Source: Ignavibacteriota bacterium (GTDB taxonomy: Bacteria > Bacteroidota > Ignavibacteria > UBA10030). From it: DNA of 64,000 nt. The notes beneath the pieces were generated by a model. It worked only from the letters and a program-made list of their open reading frames with translations, made no database searches and had not been told where the DNA came from. Positions 1 to 9,710 of the stretch are shown in pieces (within the stretch, counting starts at the first letter, position 1; the number at the start of each line of letters is the position of its first letter). Where the stretch lies: the NCBI GenBank assembly GCA_963778945.1, contig CAVZWL010000023.1, forward strand, positions 24,490 through 88,489, in the 5' to 3' direction. The position numbers were made by a program, and so were the translations under genes.

Positions 1-441
1 CGGGCAATTGCAGTGGTTACGCCGACAAAAGGGAATACCGTGCATGGAACCGTGACATTCGAACAGATCGAAGGCGGCGTCCGGGTCGTAGCCAGCCTGA
101 CCGGATTAAAACCGGGGAAACATGGATTCCATATCCACGAATTCGGCGATATCAGTTCCGAGGACGGGAGTTCTGCAGGCGGACATTTTAATCCGATGGG
201 TATGCCGCACAGCATGCCGACGAGCGAAAAACGCCACGCCGGCGATATGGGAAACATCGAAGCTGATGAAAACGGAAACGCACATCTCGACTATATCGAT
301 CCGGTTATGAAACTCGACGGCGACCATTCTATTATCGGTCACGCAGTCATCATACACGAAAAAGAAGACGATTTTAAAACTCAGCCGACAGGAAATGCGG
401 GACCGAGAATCGGATACGGAGTCATCGGAATTGCCAAATAA
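1..441 (+). CDS. sodC: Cu/Zn superoxide dismutase (periplasmic type), 5' end outside the window
   Basis: The reading frame is open from base 1, and the listed ORF 13..441 begins at an internal GTG. Motifs HGFHIHEFGD, GGHFNP, HAGDMGN and GNAGPRIGYGVIG are the Cu/Zn-SOD metal-ligand signatures. TAA stop at 439..441. Confidence 0.9.
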   Translation, partial: RAIAVVTPTKGNTVHGTVTFEQIEGGVRVVASLTGLKPGKHGFHIHEFGDISSEDGSSAGGHFNPMGMPHSMPTSEKRHAGDMGNIEADENGNAHLDYIDPVMKLDGDHSIIGHAVIIHEKEDDFKTQPTGNAGPRIGYGVIGIAK

Positions 442-531
442 TTAAGACCGATCCTTAAATTTGAAGAATGCGCTGTTCAGCATATTTTGAAAGAATCGGC
501 TGTTCATCAATTTTAAATTCCCCTTCTGTAG

Positions 532-570
532 CCGCGGGCGGCTCGCCCGGCCTCAGGAGGGTGACCGCGG
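532..570. repeat. GC-rich intergenic repeat, copy A (REP-like, bounded by CCGCGG)
   Basis: ccgcgggcggctcgcccggcctcaggagggtgaccgcgg lies between convergent sodC and PAP2. Its reverse complement matches 19617..19676 almost base for base. It contains the small hairpin gggcg-gct-cgccc. Confidence 0.55.
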
Positions 571-603
571 AAAACGGAAAAACATTTTTGGATTTTCGGC
601 TCA

Positions 604-1425
604 TCAGAATTCCATTGCAAATCCGAAGCCGTTCGGCAGCAAGAAAATATGAGCCGAAGAATGATGTGACGGTTTTTCATTATCGTCATGCGCAACAGCC
701 GTTCCGACACTCGTACCGATAACCGCGCCCAGAAAAACATCGGACAGCCAATGCTGATCGTGATATATCCGTGCGGCGCCTGTCAAACCGGCAAGCGTAT
801 ACAGACCTATCGATGCAGCGGTGTTGTTTATCCGTTCCGAAAGAACGGACGAAAGTGTAAAAGCTACTGCGGCGTGCCCGGAAGGAAACGATAAATAATC
901 GTCGCTGAACTGGATCCCTTTAAACCTCGCATTCCCTTCATTCATATACGGACGGGCGCGGCCGAACGTATATTTTATTACCGTCGTAACGACTCCTGTC
1001 CAGAGAAGCGATTCCATCAGCATCGTTCCTGTTTTCCGGATTTCCGATGCGCCGAACACGAGTCCAGCCCCGTAGATTGAACCGGAAAGGATGATAGCGT
1101 CTCCCGTAGCGCCGTATTGTTCGGTTATATTTAAAATGTCGTCATTCAGCGAAGAATGGCTTCGCCCGGCAAACGACCGGACAGATCCGTCGGCAAGAAA
1201 AAGCGCTGCAGTTGTTCCCGTAACGATTCCTGCAGTTAAAAGAGACGGCCCGTCAGGATGCGTCGCTTCATGAAAACGCAGACCGATGCAATCTATAAAG
1301 TCCCTGCTGTCGGAACAAAGAATCCCGGAAAGTTTTGTCGAAGCAGTGTCCACGTCCGCGTTCTGGCACCGCACAGTGCCGGACAACGCCGCAAAAATCG
1401 ATATGTAAAGGATAAAACGGCTCAT
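604..1425 (-). CDS. PAP2-family (phosphatidic acid phosphatase type 2) membrane phosphatase
   Basis: The three PAP2 motifs are present: KYTFGRARP, SFPSGH and ARIYHDQHWLSD. There is an N-terminal signal/TM segment. TGA stop. Confidence 0.85.
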   Translation of the reverse strand: MSRFILYISIFAALSGTVRCQNADVDTASTKLSGILCSDSRDFIDCIGLRFHEATHPDGPSLLTAGIVTGTTAALFLADGSVRSFAGRSHSSLNDDILNITEQYGATGDAIILSGSIYGAGLVFGASEIRKTGTMLMESLLWTGVVTTVIKYTFGRARPYMNEGNARFKGIQFSDDYLSFPSGHAAVAFTLSSVLSERINNTAASIGLYTLAGLTGAARIYHDQHWLSDVFLGAVIGTSVGTAVAHDDNEKPSHHSSAHIFLLPNGFGFAMEF

Positions 1426-1444
1426 GATTAACCCGGAAAATTCT

Positions 1445-2248
1445 CTATCGAATAACGATGAGTTTCGATCTCACTGCGTAAGCGCTGAAATATCCCAGAG
1501 CCCCGCTGCTGAAATTCGAAGGCGGATTCGCCGGAGATGTCGACAACGTACTGTTGTTCAAGACCTGGACAAGCGTTCTGAAATAGTTGTAAACATTCTC
1601 GTCGATGCATTGAAGCTGGACGGAGACGGAATCTCCTGTGAGCAGCGTATCCGTATCTGCAAATAATGTACTCGTGATTTCACCGCCGTCCTGCAGCCGG
1701 TCTGTGATGAGAAAAATATTCTTCTGCCGGATGCCGTTTTTGATTTCCACAAATCTATAATAATTCTGAATCCCGGCAGGGTCACGGAAATGAACTTCCA
1801 CATCCTTTGAATTATTCCGACCGAAAGATAAACTGCTCTCACTCAGAGAATCGATCTCTACAGGAGGAGGCATTGTCGAGGAAGCGGTATAGCTTATTCC
1901 GTTCGATAGCACAGCAAGAGTATATGTCCTTCCAGGGACTCCCAGCATATGGGAAGACGTGTAAGTTCCCGGCGGGGTTTCCGCCATGAGTTCTGAATTC
2001 CCGAGATTATCGCTCAGCGTCACAGCCGCACCCGTAACCGGTGGAAATACGTTCGGCTGATCATATTCCACCGTTTGCGATATGACGACCTGATACGGCC
2101 CGGGCTGATCGGTAATTGTTCCCTCAATGACGATAACCGGCGCCGAAGAATTGAGATCCACCTGAATGACTTTCTGGCATGAAAGGAAGACCGCGCTGCA
2201 TGCCGCAATCAGGGATAAAAGAAATATATTTCGTGGTGACAATTTCAT
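1445..2248 (-). CDS. DUF4249-family lipoprotein (partner of the upstream TonB-dependent receptor)
   Basis: I take the internal ATG at 2248, giving MKLSPRNIFLLSLIAACSAVFLSC (a lipobox). The longer ORF would overlap the TBDR. The position 4 nt downstream of a CarboxypepD_reg TBDR and the size of about 267 aa are typical of DUF4249. Confidence 0.7.
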   Translation of the reverse strand: MKLSPRNIFLLSLIAACSAVFLSCQKVIQVDLNSSAPVIVIEGTITDQPGPYQVVISQTVEYDQPNVFPPVTGAAVTLSDNLGNSELMAETPPGTYTSSHMLGVPGRTYTLAVLSNGISYTASSTMPPPVEIDSLSESSLSFGRNNSKDVEVHFRDPAGIQNYYRFVEIKNGIRQKNIFLITDRLQDGGEITSTLFADTDTLLTGDSVSVQLQCIDENVYNYFRTLVQVLNNSTLSTSPANPPSNFSSGALGYFSAYAVRSKLIVIR

Positions 2249-2252
2249 ACGG

Positions 2253-4577
2253 TCAGAACCTGAAATTATATGTAACGGAAGGAACGAACCTGAAGAGCGA
2301 TGTCTGAAGCGCCTGCGTCCTTGTGGGATCATTCGGATCTACCTGGAATGTTATCGAATATGCATTTTCGCGGCCATAAGCGTTATACAATGAGAATGTC
2401 CAGCTCGATCTCTCACCTTGCCATGTTGCCCCAAGGTCGAGCCTGTGATATGCAGGCATGCGGTTGGCATTACGCTGGGAGTAAGAAGGGACTGTAGTAT
2501 CGGCAATATGATATTTTGAACTCGGGAATGTGACTGCATTCCCCGTATTATAGACCCATGCTGCAGAAAATGTCCACCTGTCCGAAAACTGGTACAGAGC
2601 GACGATGGAAATATCATGCGTCTCGTCCTGATGTGCCGGATAATAATTGCCGTTGTTGATTCCCGGAATTCTCAGCTCGGTGCGCGAGAGAGTATATCCG
2701 ATCCAGCCGGTCATCAACCCGTATTTCTTTTTGAAAAACAGCTCTAAGCCGTACGCCCTTCCCTGTCCATAGAGCAGATCCGACTCCACATTTTCATTAA
2801 GAGTTATCTGCGTCCCGTCTCTGTAATCGATCTGGTTTTGGAGATATTTAAAATATGTCTCAGCCGAAAATTCATACGTGTTGTCTTCGAAGTTCCTAAA
2901 ATATCCGAGCGATACCTGATCCGCAATTTCCGGCTTGACGTTGTTGCTGCTTGGAATCCACCTATCCGTCGGATTGCTGGCAGTAGAGTTCGAAAGGAGA
3001 TGGAAATTCTGAGTGGAACGCCCGTACGAAGCTTTAAGAGAGCTTTCACCGTCCAGAATGTAATTCACAGCGATCCGGGGTTCGAGATTGAAATACGTCT
3101 GTATAAATTTTCCCGAACCATAAGAGACGGAATCGACCGTTTGTCCGGCGCCGTTGAAGGCGTAGAAAATACCGGGCCCGAGCACGCTGAATGATGAAAA
3201 GCGGGCGCCGTACTGAATATTCATGAGCGGTGAAAACTTGTATTCATGGCTTATATAAAGAGCATTCTCCCATGAATATTTTTGTGCAAGCTGTAAAGTG
3301 CTGGTCTGAGAGCTGTTTGCAAGCGTGGCCGTACCCGGGACAGTGGAATGGTAGACCGAGTTCAAGCCGAACTTCAATCCGTTATCCGAATCGAAAAAAT
3401 ACTGAAAGTCCTGCTTGATCCCGAAATCTTTTATGTCCGAGACGAGGTTCATGTTGTTGCCTGCAAAATTCGCGTTGACGGTATAATCGTACGTGCTGTA
3501 TATGATCGACGTATTTGAAAACATCTTTTCATTGAACAAATGGTTCCAGCGCAGCGTTGCGGTGGTATTTCCCCAATTGATGCCGAATGTGCTGCCGAAG
3601 CCAAGGACATCTTTTCCAAAGTATCCGGAGAGATACATCCTGTCGTTCTCGCCTATCTCGTAGTTCGCTTTTGCGTTGAGATCATAGAAATAAAGGCGAA
3701 CCCGATTGATGAGAGTGTCGCTCGAAAGCTTGAGGAAAAGATCCGCATAGGTACGTCTTCCGGAAATTGAGAAGGAACCTCTGTCGCTGACGATCGGACC
3801 TTCGACGCTCAGTCTTGACGCTATCAGCCCGATGCCCCCGCTGACGCCATAGTCTTTCGTATTCCCGTCTTTCATTTTTATATCGAGCACGGAAGAGAGG
3901 CGCCCTCCGTATTCGGCCGGCATTTCTCCCTTGTACAGTGTAACGTCCTTGATGGCATCCGAATTAAAAACGGAAAAAAAACCGAGAAGATGTGAAGCGC
4001 TGTAGACGGTCGCTTCGTCGAGAAGAATAAGATTCTGATCGGCTGCCCCGCCGCGAACATAGAATCCGGTATTGCCGTCTCCTCCGGACTTAATACCCGG
4101 GAGAAGCTGAACGGTTTTAATGACATCCTTTTCGCCGAGCAAGACCGGAATATCCTGAATGGACTTGACATCTAACTTTTCCATTCCCATCTGAATCTGC
4201 TTAACATTGTCGTCTTTCTTCTCGCCGGTAACCACAATCGCCTTCTGTTCCACACCCTTTTCCGTAAGTTCTATATTCAACTTTATATTCTTATTCATAA
4301 CGACCAGCCGGGAAAACGGCGTATAGCCCATATACCGGGTTATGATCGTATAGGTTCCTTCAGGTATAGTCAGCGAGTAGAATCCATAAGCGTTAGAAAC
4401 CGTCCCTATCTGCGGCATTTCGTTCAGCATAATCGTGGCCCCGATCATTGCCTCGCCTGTCTTTGAATCCTTGACATGCCCGCTGATCGTATATTTCTTC
4501 CGGACCGTTTCCGTTTGCGCCGATAATGACGATACGAATGCCATCGCCAGAAGCACGGCAAGAATTTCTTTTTGCAT
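2253..4577 (-). CDS. TonB-dependent receptor with N-terminal carboxypeptidase-regulatory-like domain
   Basis: A signal peptide is followed by ISGHVKDSKTGEAMIGATIML (CarboxypepD_reg), then a plug region (YVRGG, LLDEATVY) and a long beta-barrel ending in the canonical terminal Phe (YNFRF) before TGA. Confidence 0.9.
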   Translation of the reverse strand: MQKEILAVLLAMAFVSSLSAQTETVRKKYTISGHVKDSKTGEAMIGATIMLNEMPQIGTVSNAYGFYSLTIPEGTYTIITRYMGYTPFSRLVVMNKNIKLNIELTEKGVEQKAIVVTGEKKDDNVKQIQMGMEKLDVKSIQDIPVLLGEKDVIKTVQLLPGIKSGGDGNTGFYVRGGAADQNLILLDEATVYSASHLLGFFSVFNSDAIKDVTLYKGEMPAEYGGRLSSVLDIKMKDGNTKDYGVSGGIGLIASRLSVEGPIVSDRGSFSISGRRTYADLFLKLSSDTLINRVRLYFYDLNAKANYEIGENDRMYLSGYFGKDVLGFGSTFGINWGNTTATLRWNHLFNEKMFSNTSIIYSTYDYTVNANFAGNNMNLVSDIKDFGIKQDFQYFFDSDNGLKFGLNSVYHSTVPGTATLANSSQTSTLQLAQKYSWENALYISHEYKFSPLMNIQYGARFSSFSVLGPGIFYAFNGAGQTVDSVSYGSGKFIQTYFNLEPRIAVNYILDGESSLKASYGRSTQNFHLLSNSTASNPTDRWIPSSNNVKPEIADQVSLGYFRNFEDNTYEFSAETYFKYLQNQIDYRDGTQITLNENVESDLLYGQGRAYGLELFFKKKYGLMTGWIGYTLSRTELRIPGINNGNYYPAHQDETHDISIVALYQFSDRWTFSAAWVYNTGNAVTFPSSKYHIADTTVPSYSQRNANRMPAYHRLDLGATWQGERSSWTFSLYNAYGRENAYSITFQVDPNDPTRTQALQTSLFRFVPSVTYNFRF

Positions 4578-4938
4578 TGTTTCCCTAAAGAATCACCGGT
4601 TTTTTTATCGTTCCACCTATCATACGCTGAAAAGCCGCATACCGGCTATGGACGGGAATGCATCGAAAGGATATTCCCCTGCGTGGTGGATAAATCATAT
4701 AATTCCAAATATGTACTTTCACTTTAAATGATACAGTATTTTTTTAAGTTCTGCTACTATAAATCTATTCCAGCAGAACTTCGCAGATAAAAATTCATTT
4801 CATCCTTTTGGCCGATTCATATCAATCCGGACTTCGAAGAGCCTCTCATCAAAACAGCCCCGCAGCAAATGACCACCGCGGGGCTGGATGCTCGATCATC
4901 ATCGTCCGGCTGTGAGCCGGACTCTGTGAAACCGGATT

Positions 4939-6759
4939 TTACGGAGTTTTCTTCTTCGGCGCCTCCGGAGTTTCTTTCTCCAATTTTTCCTTGATGACCA
5001 TCGCCAGCAGCATATTGACAAGCGAGCCGCCTCCATCAGCGCCCGCAGCGCCGCCGGCTATAATTTCCGGAACTAATTTCTGACCGCTCGTTGAGAGATG
5101 CCTGGCAACCTCAATGGCCGCATAATTACCGGACTCCATCGACTGGATTTTTTGCCTGATGACATCCGCTTCGGCCATACCGACCGCTTTAATTTTTTCT
5201 CCTTCCGCCATGCCCACGGTCTTCAGGACCATCGCATCGGCATCGGCATTGACGGTCTTGGACTTCGCTTCGCCTTCGGCTTTTTTAACTGCCGCCTGAG
5301 CTTCATATTCATTGATCTGAACTTTCCGTTCCGCATCGACAACCCTGGCCTGAGTATCCGCAAGCGATTTGGCCTGCTGCAGATCCTTGCGAACGCCTTC
5401 CGCTTCGCGCTGCGTCTGGTATGTCACCTTCTCCTGTTCCGCGATCTTCCGGTCTGTCAGGGTCTTCATAAGATCTTCCGGCGGGACTATATCACCGATG
5501 AGCGTGTCGACCGCGCCTACGTTGTAATCTTCAAGAGCTTTGGATATACTCTCCCTTGCATCTTCCTGGCGTTCTTTTCGTCCTTTCAGAAATTCGATGA
5601 CATCCGATCCTTGCGCGGCATTGCGGAAATAGTTGCCGATGGTCGGCTCCAGAACCTGCGTTACCAGATTCGCAACGCTGCCGAAACGCGCAATGACTTT
5701 CGGCGCATCCGTGCGGGGAATATGAATAATCTGACTGACATCGAGATTGAACTTAAAGCCGTCGGAAGAACGAACTGTGATGGTCGAAAGTTTTTCATCG
5801 AGTTTATGCGCTTCCGTTTTTCCTGTCGCCCAGTTGAGTACGACATTTGCCGTCGGCACGATTTCGACTTTATGCGTAAACGGATTGATTGGATATTTAC
5901 CCGGATCCAGAGGTTCGACCCAGACGCCTTTCTGGCCTCGAATTACTAAATTGCCGTGTTTGAACGCATCGCCGGTTACATCGACGCCCGTTTCGCCGAC
6001 ATACGCAATAACGACACCGACGTTGGCAATCGGCACGGTGGTCATATCCATCGATTCGACGGTAGCAAACCGCGGATTGATAAAATATCTGCCGGCCAGC
6101 ATCACCTGCTCCTGAAGTCCTTTGAAACCGCCGCCGTCGATAAAGGCCTGGGCATCCTGGAACATGTTATGCCCGGGAATTTCTTTACCGGCAATCTCGT
6201 CTTTCGCCAACGCTTTTCCCTCTTTGGTTGTGACCACACCGACTTTATTGTCCGGAATTTCAAGCACCGGTTCTTCAACAACCGAGAAAATAGACGAGTT
6301 AATCCGGTATGTCCCCGGCGGGATAACAGTTATCTGGGGACCGCGCTCGCCGCCATTTGTAAGGAATCCTCTGGCATTCTGGAACGCATCGCATTCGACC
6401 CGCCTGGCAAGTACCCGGCCGTCCTTTAACGGACGTCCGTCTTTTGCCTCGACGATACCGATATAACCTTCTTTAATCGTCTTGAATTTTTCTAGCGAGA
6501 TGTTGTACTGCCAGGGCCAGAGCCAAAAATGAAGACCCGGTGCAAGCGTATCGGCCTGATAACCGGCTTCGCCGTACAGGGCTATGATCGATCCGTCGGG
6601 AAGTGTCCGATGTTTTCCAAAAATAACGAATCTTTTATTGACAACGCCGATCGCGTCATTGGGAATAATGATAATTCCGAAAAAACGCAGCACCAGCTTG
6701 TAACAGATAATTAATAGTATAATTAAAAGAATCCATACATAACCAAGCATAGTTTCCAT
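4939..6759 (-). CDS. SPFH/band-7 domain protein, flotillin-like (YqiK type)
   Basis: 606 aa with an N-terminal TM helix, an SPFH-like core and a long Ala/Glu/Lys-rich coiled-coil region (EAEGVRKDLQQAKSLADTQARVVDAERKVQINEYEAQAAVKKAEGEAK), which is typical of bacterial flotillins. Confidence 0.8.
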   Translation of the reverse strand: METMLGYVWILLIILLIICYKLVLRFFGIIIIPNDAIGVVNKRFVIFGKHRTLPDGSIIALYGEAGYQADTLAPGLHFWLWPWQYNISLEKFKTIKEGYIGIVEAKDGRPLKDGRVLARRVECDAFQNARGFLTNGGERGPQITVIPPGTYRINSSIFSVVEEPVLEIPDNKVGVVTTKEGKALAKDEIAGKEIPGHNMFQDAQAFIDGGGFKGLQEQVMLAGRYFINPRFATVESMDMTTVPIANVGVVIAYVGETGVDVTGDAFKHGNLVIRGQKGVWVEPLDPGKYPINPFTHKVEIVPTANVVLNWATGKTEAHKLDEKLSTITVRSSDGFKFNLDVSQIIHIPRTDAPKVIARFGSVANLVTQVLEPTIGNYFRNAAQGSDVIEFLKGRKERQEDARESISKALEDYNVGAVDTLIGDIVPPEDLMKTLTDRKIAEQEKVTYQTQREAEGVRKDLQQAKSLADTQARVVDAERKVQINEYEAQAAVKKAEGEAKSKTVNADADAMVLKTVGMAEGEKIKAVGMAEADVIRQKIQSMESGNYAAIEVARHLSTSGQKLVPEIIAGGAAGADGGGSLVNMLLAMVIKEKLEKETPEAPKKKTP

Positions 6760-6826
6760 AAAGCCTCCGGTTTAAATATAATGTAAGACAATATACTTCA
6801 CAGCAGGGACGGATAATTATACGTCC

Positions 6827-8686
6827 CTACAGCACTGATGTTGCGCCCGAACTGATAACAATATCCATCGTTAATGCTGCAGGAGAACTATAGGCCGTTT
6901 TCACATCTATCGTAATATCTGTAAGGTATATTTGCATACGCATATTGCCGTGTACGACGGAAATATGCACGAGGTCTTGATGCGGCCGCATGTTCACATA
7001 CTCGCGCAAGTCCGGCTGGCTGCAAAGAAGCGAAAGCTGTTCTTTCAAATCGACGGAAAAGCTGCTTCCCGCACCGGAAGCCGGCACGAATAGTATCTTT
7101 GCAGAATCAAGCGAAACTTCCCAGCGCTCGCTCCCGATTACGATGGGGATTTTTTCCCCTTTCCGGACGATGGTAATATTCCTGACCAGGTAACGATATC
7201 CCTCCAGCGGAACGACAGTCAACGAATCGCTCCGGAATGTATACGTCCTGGTACGTTCATTGCTGTCTGAGCCTTCCCACGCATCCACATAAGGCACGCC
7301 AAGAAGCTGCGCAATTCGCCGGGAATTTTCCTGGCGGCTGTACCAGTTGTTCTGATACCGATGAGCGCTTCCCGTATCGATTCGTTCTGCGAACCACGGC
7401 TGAAGAACGTCAACGCCGTGCGTTTCCGTAAGATAGCGGATGAGGGAGCTAATGCGTCTGGCATCGGCCAAGGGAATTTCGGTTTTCGCTTTCTGTGCCT
7501 TGCCGTTCACCAGCATATTATATTTCGTCAGAATTTGTTCAAGCCGATGTAATTGATTTTTCTGTGATATGCTAAAAGCTCCCCACGGACCGAACGAGAC
7601 CAGCAATGCAATTGCACACAAGCTGATGGGAATCAATTTGATACTTTTCGTCTTACTGAGAAGAAAATAGATCGAGATTGCTGCGAGCCATACTCCCAGG
7701 ACGATGATAAAATACCGCAATTCGGTAATGCCGTATTCTGAAATACGCCGCCAGACCGCCAGCAGAAGCAGTGCGGTCAGCGGAAGAACGACGACATAGA
7801 ACCAGCGCCACGCTGCTGATATCCAGGCATTTTCCGCGCGGTCTTTAATGGGATGAATAAGCAGGAGCGAAAAGATTCCGGTCGTTGAGAAGCCGAGCAC
7901 AAGGTAGCCCACCCAGCCCTTGGGCCAGTCCCACTGGAATATAATCTTGCCCATATATGCATAGAGGATGCAAAGGTAGACTGCAACGAGCGGAATCATC
8001 ACGTACTGTGCAAAAACTTTCAGCCCTCTGGGATAGCTGATCTCCACATCCGATGTATCGGTTTCGCGCGGAACACCGCTGAGAAAGAACCATGTATTGA
8101 AAATTCCGACGAGCAGCCACCAGAGCTGGAAGTATCGTTCCCCTTTGATTTCGATTGTAAACAACTGGCTGATGGCAATCAGGGCAACAGTCAAACCCGC
8201 GTATAAAACGGAAGTATAAAGCGCTGCAACGGCACAGCGCAGAAAGAGCGTCTTGTTGAATTCCCAGAATGCGGCGATTCGCCCGCGTTCCATAAATGCC
8301 GCAAAAGCGACAAACATGTGCGCCGATATAGCGAATAAGCAGAAGCGAATGACATGTACGGATGCCGACGTAAAGATGTCTTCAGGCAAAAGCAGATCGT
8401 ATACAATCAGGAGACACAGCGCACTCAATTTTCCGATCAGCGTGCGGTAGAAACTCCATTTCTTATTTTCCGCAATAAGTTGAAGAGTGATAAAGACCGG
8501 AAGAGCGAGGAAGGCAATCGCAGCAGCATTATGCAGCCAGCGGCTGCCGAAAGCACCATGCATTTCTTTCTGGACGATGATGACCGCACTGGCAGTGCCT
8601 GCCGCGGCCGATAAGATAGCAAATGGAAAGCGCTCATACGCGTCGAACGCTTCTTTCCAAAGTTGACGGAGAGAGGGTAGTTTCAT
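6827..8686 (-). CDS. Polytopic inner-membrane protein, DUF4153-like
   Basis: About 12 predicted TM helices are followed by a soluble C-terminal domain of about 230 aa. The probable start is MKLPSLRQLW at 8686, and the longer ORF extends to 8743. The family name is from memory of similar Bacteroidota proteins and is unverified. Confidence 0.5.
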   Translation of the reverse strand: MKLPSLRQLWKEAFDAYERFPFAILSAAAGTASAVIIVQKEMHGAFGSRWLHNAAAIAFLALPVFITLQLIAENKKWSFYRTLIGKLSALCLLIVYDLLLPEDIFTSASVHVIRFCLFAISAHMFVAFAAFMERGRIAAFWEFNKTLFLRCAVAALYTSVLYAGLTVALIAISQLFTIEIKGERYFQLWWLLVGIFNTWFFLSGVPRETDTSDVEISYPRGLKVFAQYVMIPLVAVYLCILYAYMGKIIFQWDWPKGWVGYLVLGFSTTGIFSLLLIHPIKDRAENAWISAAWRWFYVVVLPLTALLLLAVWRRISEYGITELRYFIIVLGVWLAAISIYFLLSKTKSIKLIPISLCAIALLVSFGPWGAFSISQKNQLHRLEQILTKYNMLVNGKAQKAKTEIPLADARRISSLIRYLTETHGVDVLQPWFAERIDTGSAHRYQNNWYSRQENSRRIAQLLGVPYVDAWEGSDSNERTRTYTFRSDSLTVVPLEGYRYLVRNITIVRKGEKIPIVIGSERWEVSLDSAKILFVPASGAGSSFSVDLKEQLSLLCSQPDLREYVNMRPHQDLVHISVVHGNMRMQIYLTDITIDVKTAYSSPAALTMDIVISSGATSVL

Positions 8687-8998
8687 CAGTGGACATCCTT
8701 CAAAAGTACATCGGAAAGTACGCGAACAGTCGATAAAAAGCAACGGGATTCACGAATGCCGAAGGATTGTATCCCGGCTCAGGTGCATTGTCTGTTTACA
8801 GCGGTCCGTTCCCGTTAAGAACCAACGCTCTGCATCCGTTGAATATTCAATTCTTTCAGGTTTGTTTCGCAGATCACTCTCAATCCTCCTGTTTCGACAT
8901 CGAACAAGTGAATTATTTGCAACAATTTGATATCGTTGTGCGTCAAAAGGATAATCAACGAATGAATGCACGCGACATTTAAACGAAGGAACCCTGAA

Positions 8999-9622
8999 AT
9001 GGAAGGTTTGGTCAATTTGCCATTTTTTTTCATTACATCGATTATCATTATTATAGCGCCCGGTCCCGATTTTATTTACGTCACAACGCGCGGAGTGGCA
9101 CATGGGAAAAGAGCCGGAATACTTTCCGCACTTGGTACGAGTGTCGGGCTGCTCACACATACGCTGCTGGCTGCGTTCGGGTTATCTGCAATCATACAGA
9201 CATCGCGAATAGCATATCTCGCTTTAAAATATATCGGCGCAGGATATCTTCTCTATCTTGGAGCACGGACTCTTCTTTCTAAAAAACAATTACTCTCGGG
9301 GAAGGGAACAGAATGTCAAACGAGAGGAATCTTCCGGCAGGGTGTTCTGACCAATGTATTCAATCCGAAGGCGATTGTTACTTTTATGGCCTTCTTACCG
9401 CAATTCGTGGAGGCGCATATAAGCCATCCCATCGCGCAATTCTTGTTCCTCGGGAGCACATTTGCACTTCTTGCTGTCGTCTGGTTCGGCTTTGTCGGAT
9501 ATTTTGCCGGACTCATCAGCACATGGATCAAACAAAACAAATTCTTTCAGGACGGGATTAAATATGTGAGCGGTTCTATTTTAATGCTCCTGGGACTAAG
9601 ATTGGCGCTCAAGGAAGACTAA
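8999..9622 (+). CDS. LysE/RhtB-family amino-acid efflux translocator
   Basis: The N-terminal signature IIAPGPDFIYVTTRGVAHGKRAG is present, with 6 TM segments, and NVFNPKAIVTFMAFLPQF is typical of LysE. The probable start is MEGLVN at 8999. Confidence 0.85.
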   Translation: MEGLVNLPFFFITSIIIIIAPGPDFIYVTTRGVAHGKRAGILSALGTSVGLLTHTLLAAFGLSAIIQTSRIAYLALKYIGAGYLLYLGARTLLSKKQLLSGKGTECQTRGIFRQGVLTNVFNPKAIVTFMAFLPQFVEAHISHPIAQFLFLGSTFALLAVVWFGFVGYFAGLISTWIKQNKFFQDGIKYVSGSILMLLGLRLALKED

Positions 9623-9710
9623 GCGTCCGATCTTTATCAAACTTCACAGACGGCTGGGGCGCGCCGTCCGGACCGCCGAAAATTCCGCGTATGTAATTCA
9701 CGACTTCTAT

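Noticed and set aside
4855-4922. Two hairpins lie downstream of the flotillin gene: cagccccgc-N14-gcggggctg and tccggct-gtg-agccgga. I considered them as terminators or degenerate copies of the GC-rich repeat.
   Set aside because: Neither is followed by a T-tract on the transcribed (minus) strand. Similarity to the 532..570 element is limited to accaccgcgg.
5098-5949. A 283-aa ORF lies antisense to the flotillin gene.
   Set aside because: It is entirely contained in, and opposite to, a gene with strong family signatures. Its composition is Arg/Phe/Leu-rich and it has no recognisable motifs. It is a shadow ORF.
8750-9160. A 136-aa Cys-rich ORF lies on the minus strand and overlaps the lysE start.
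   Set aside because: It overlaps the well-supported LysE N-terminus, and it has no motifs and implausible composition.
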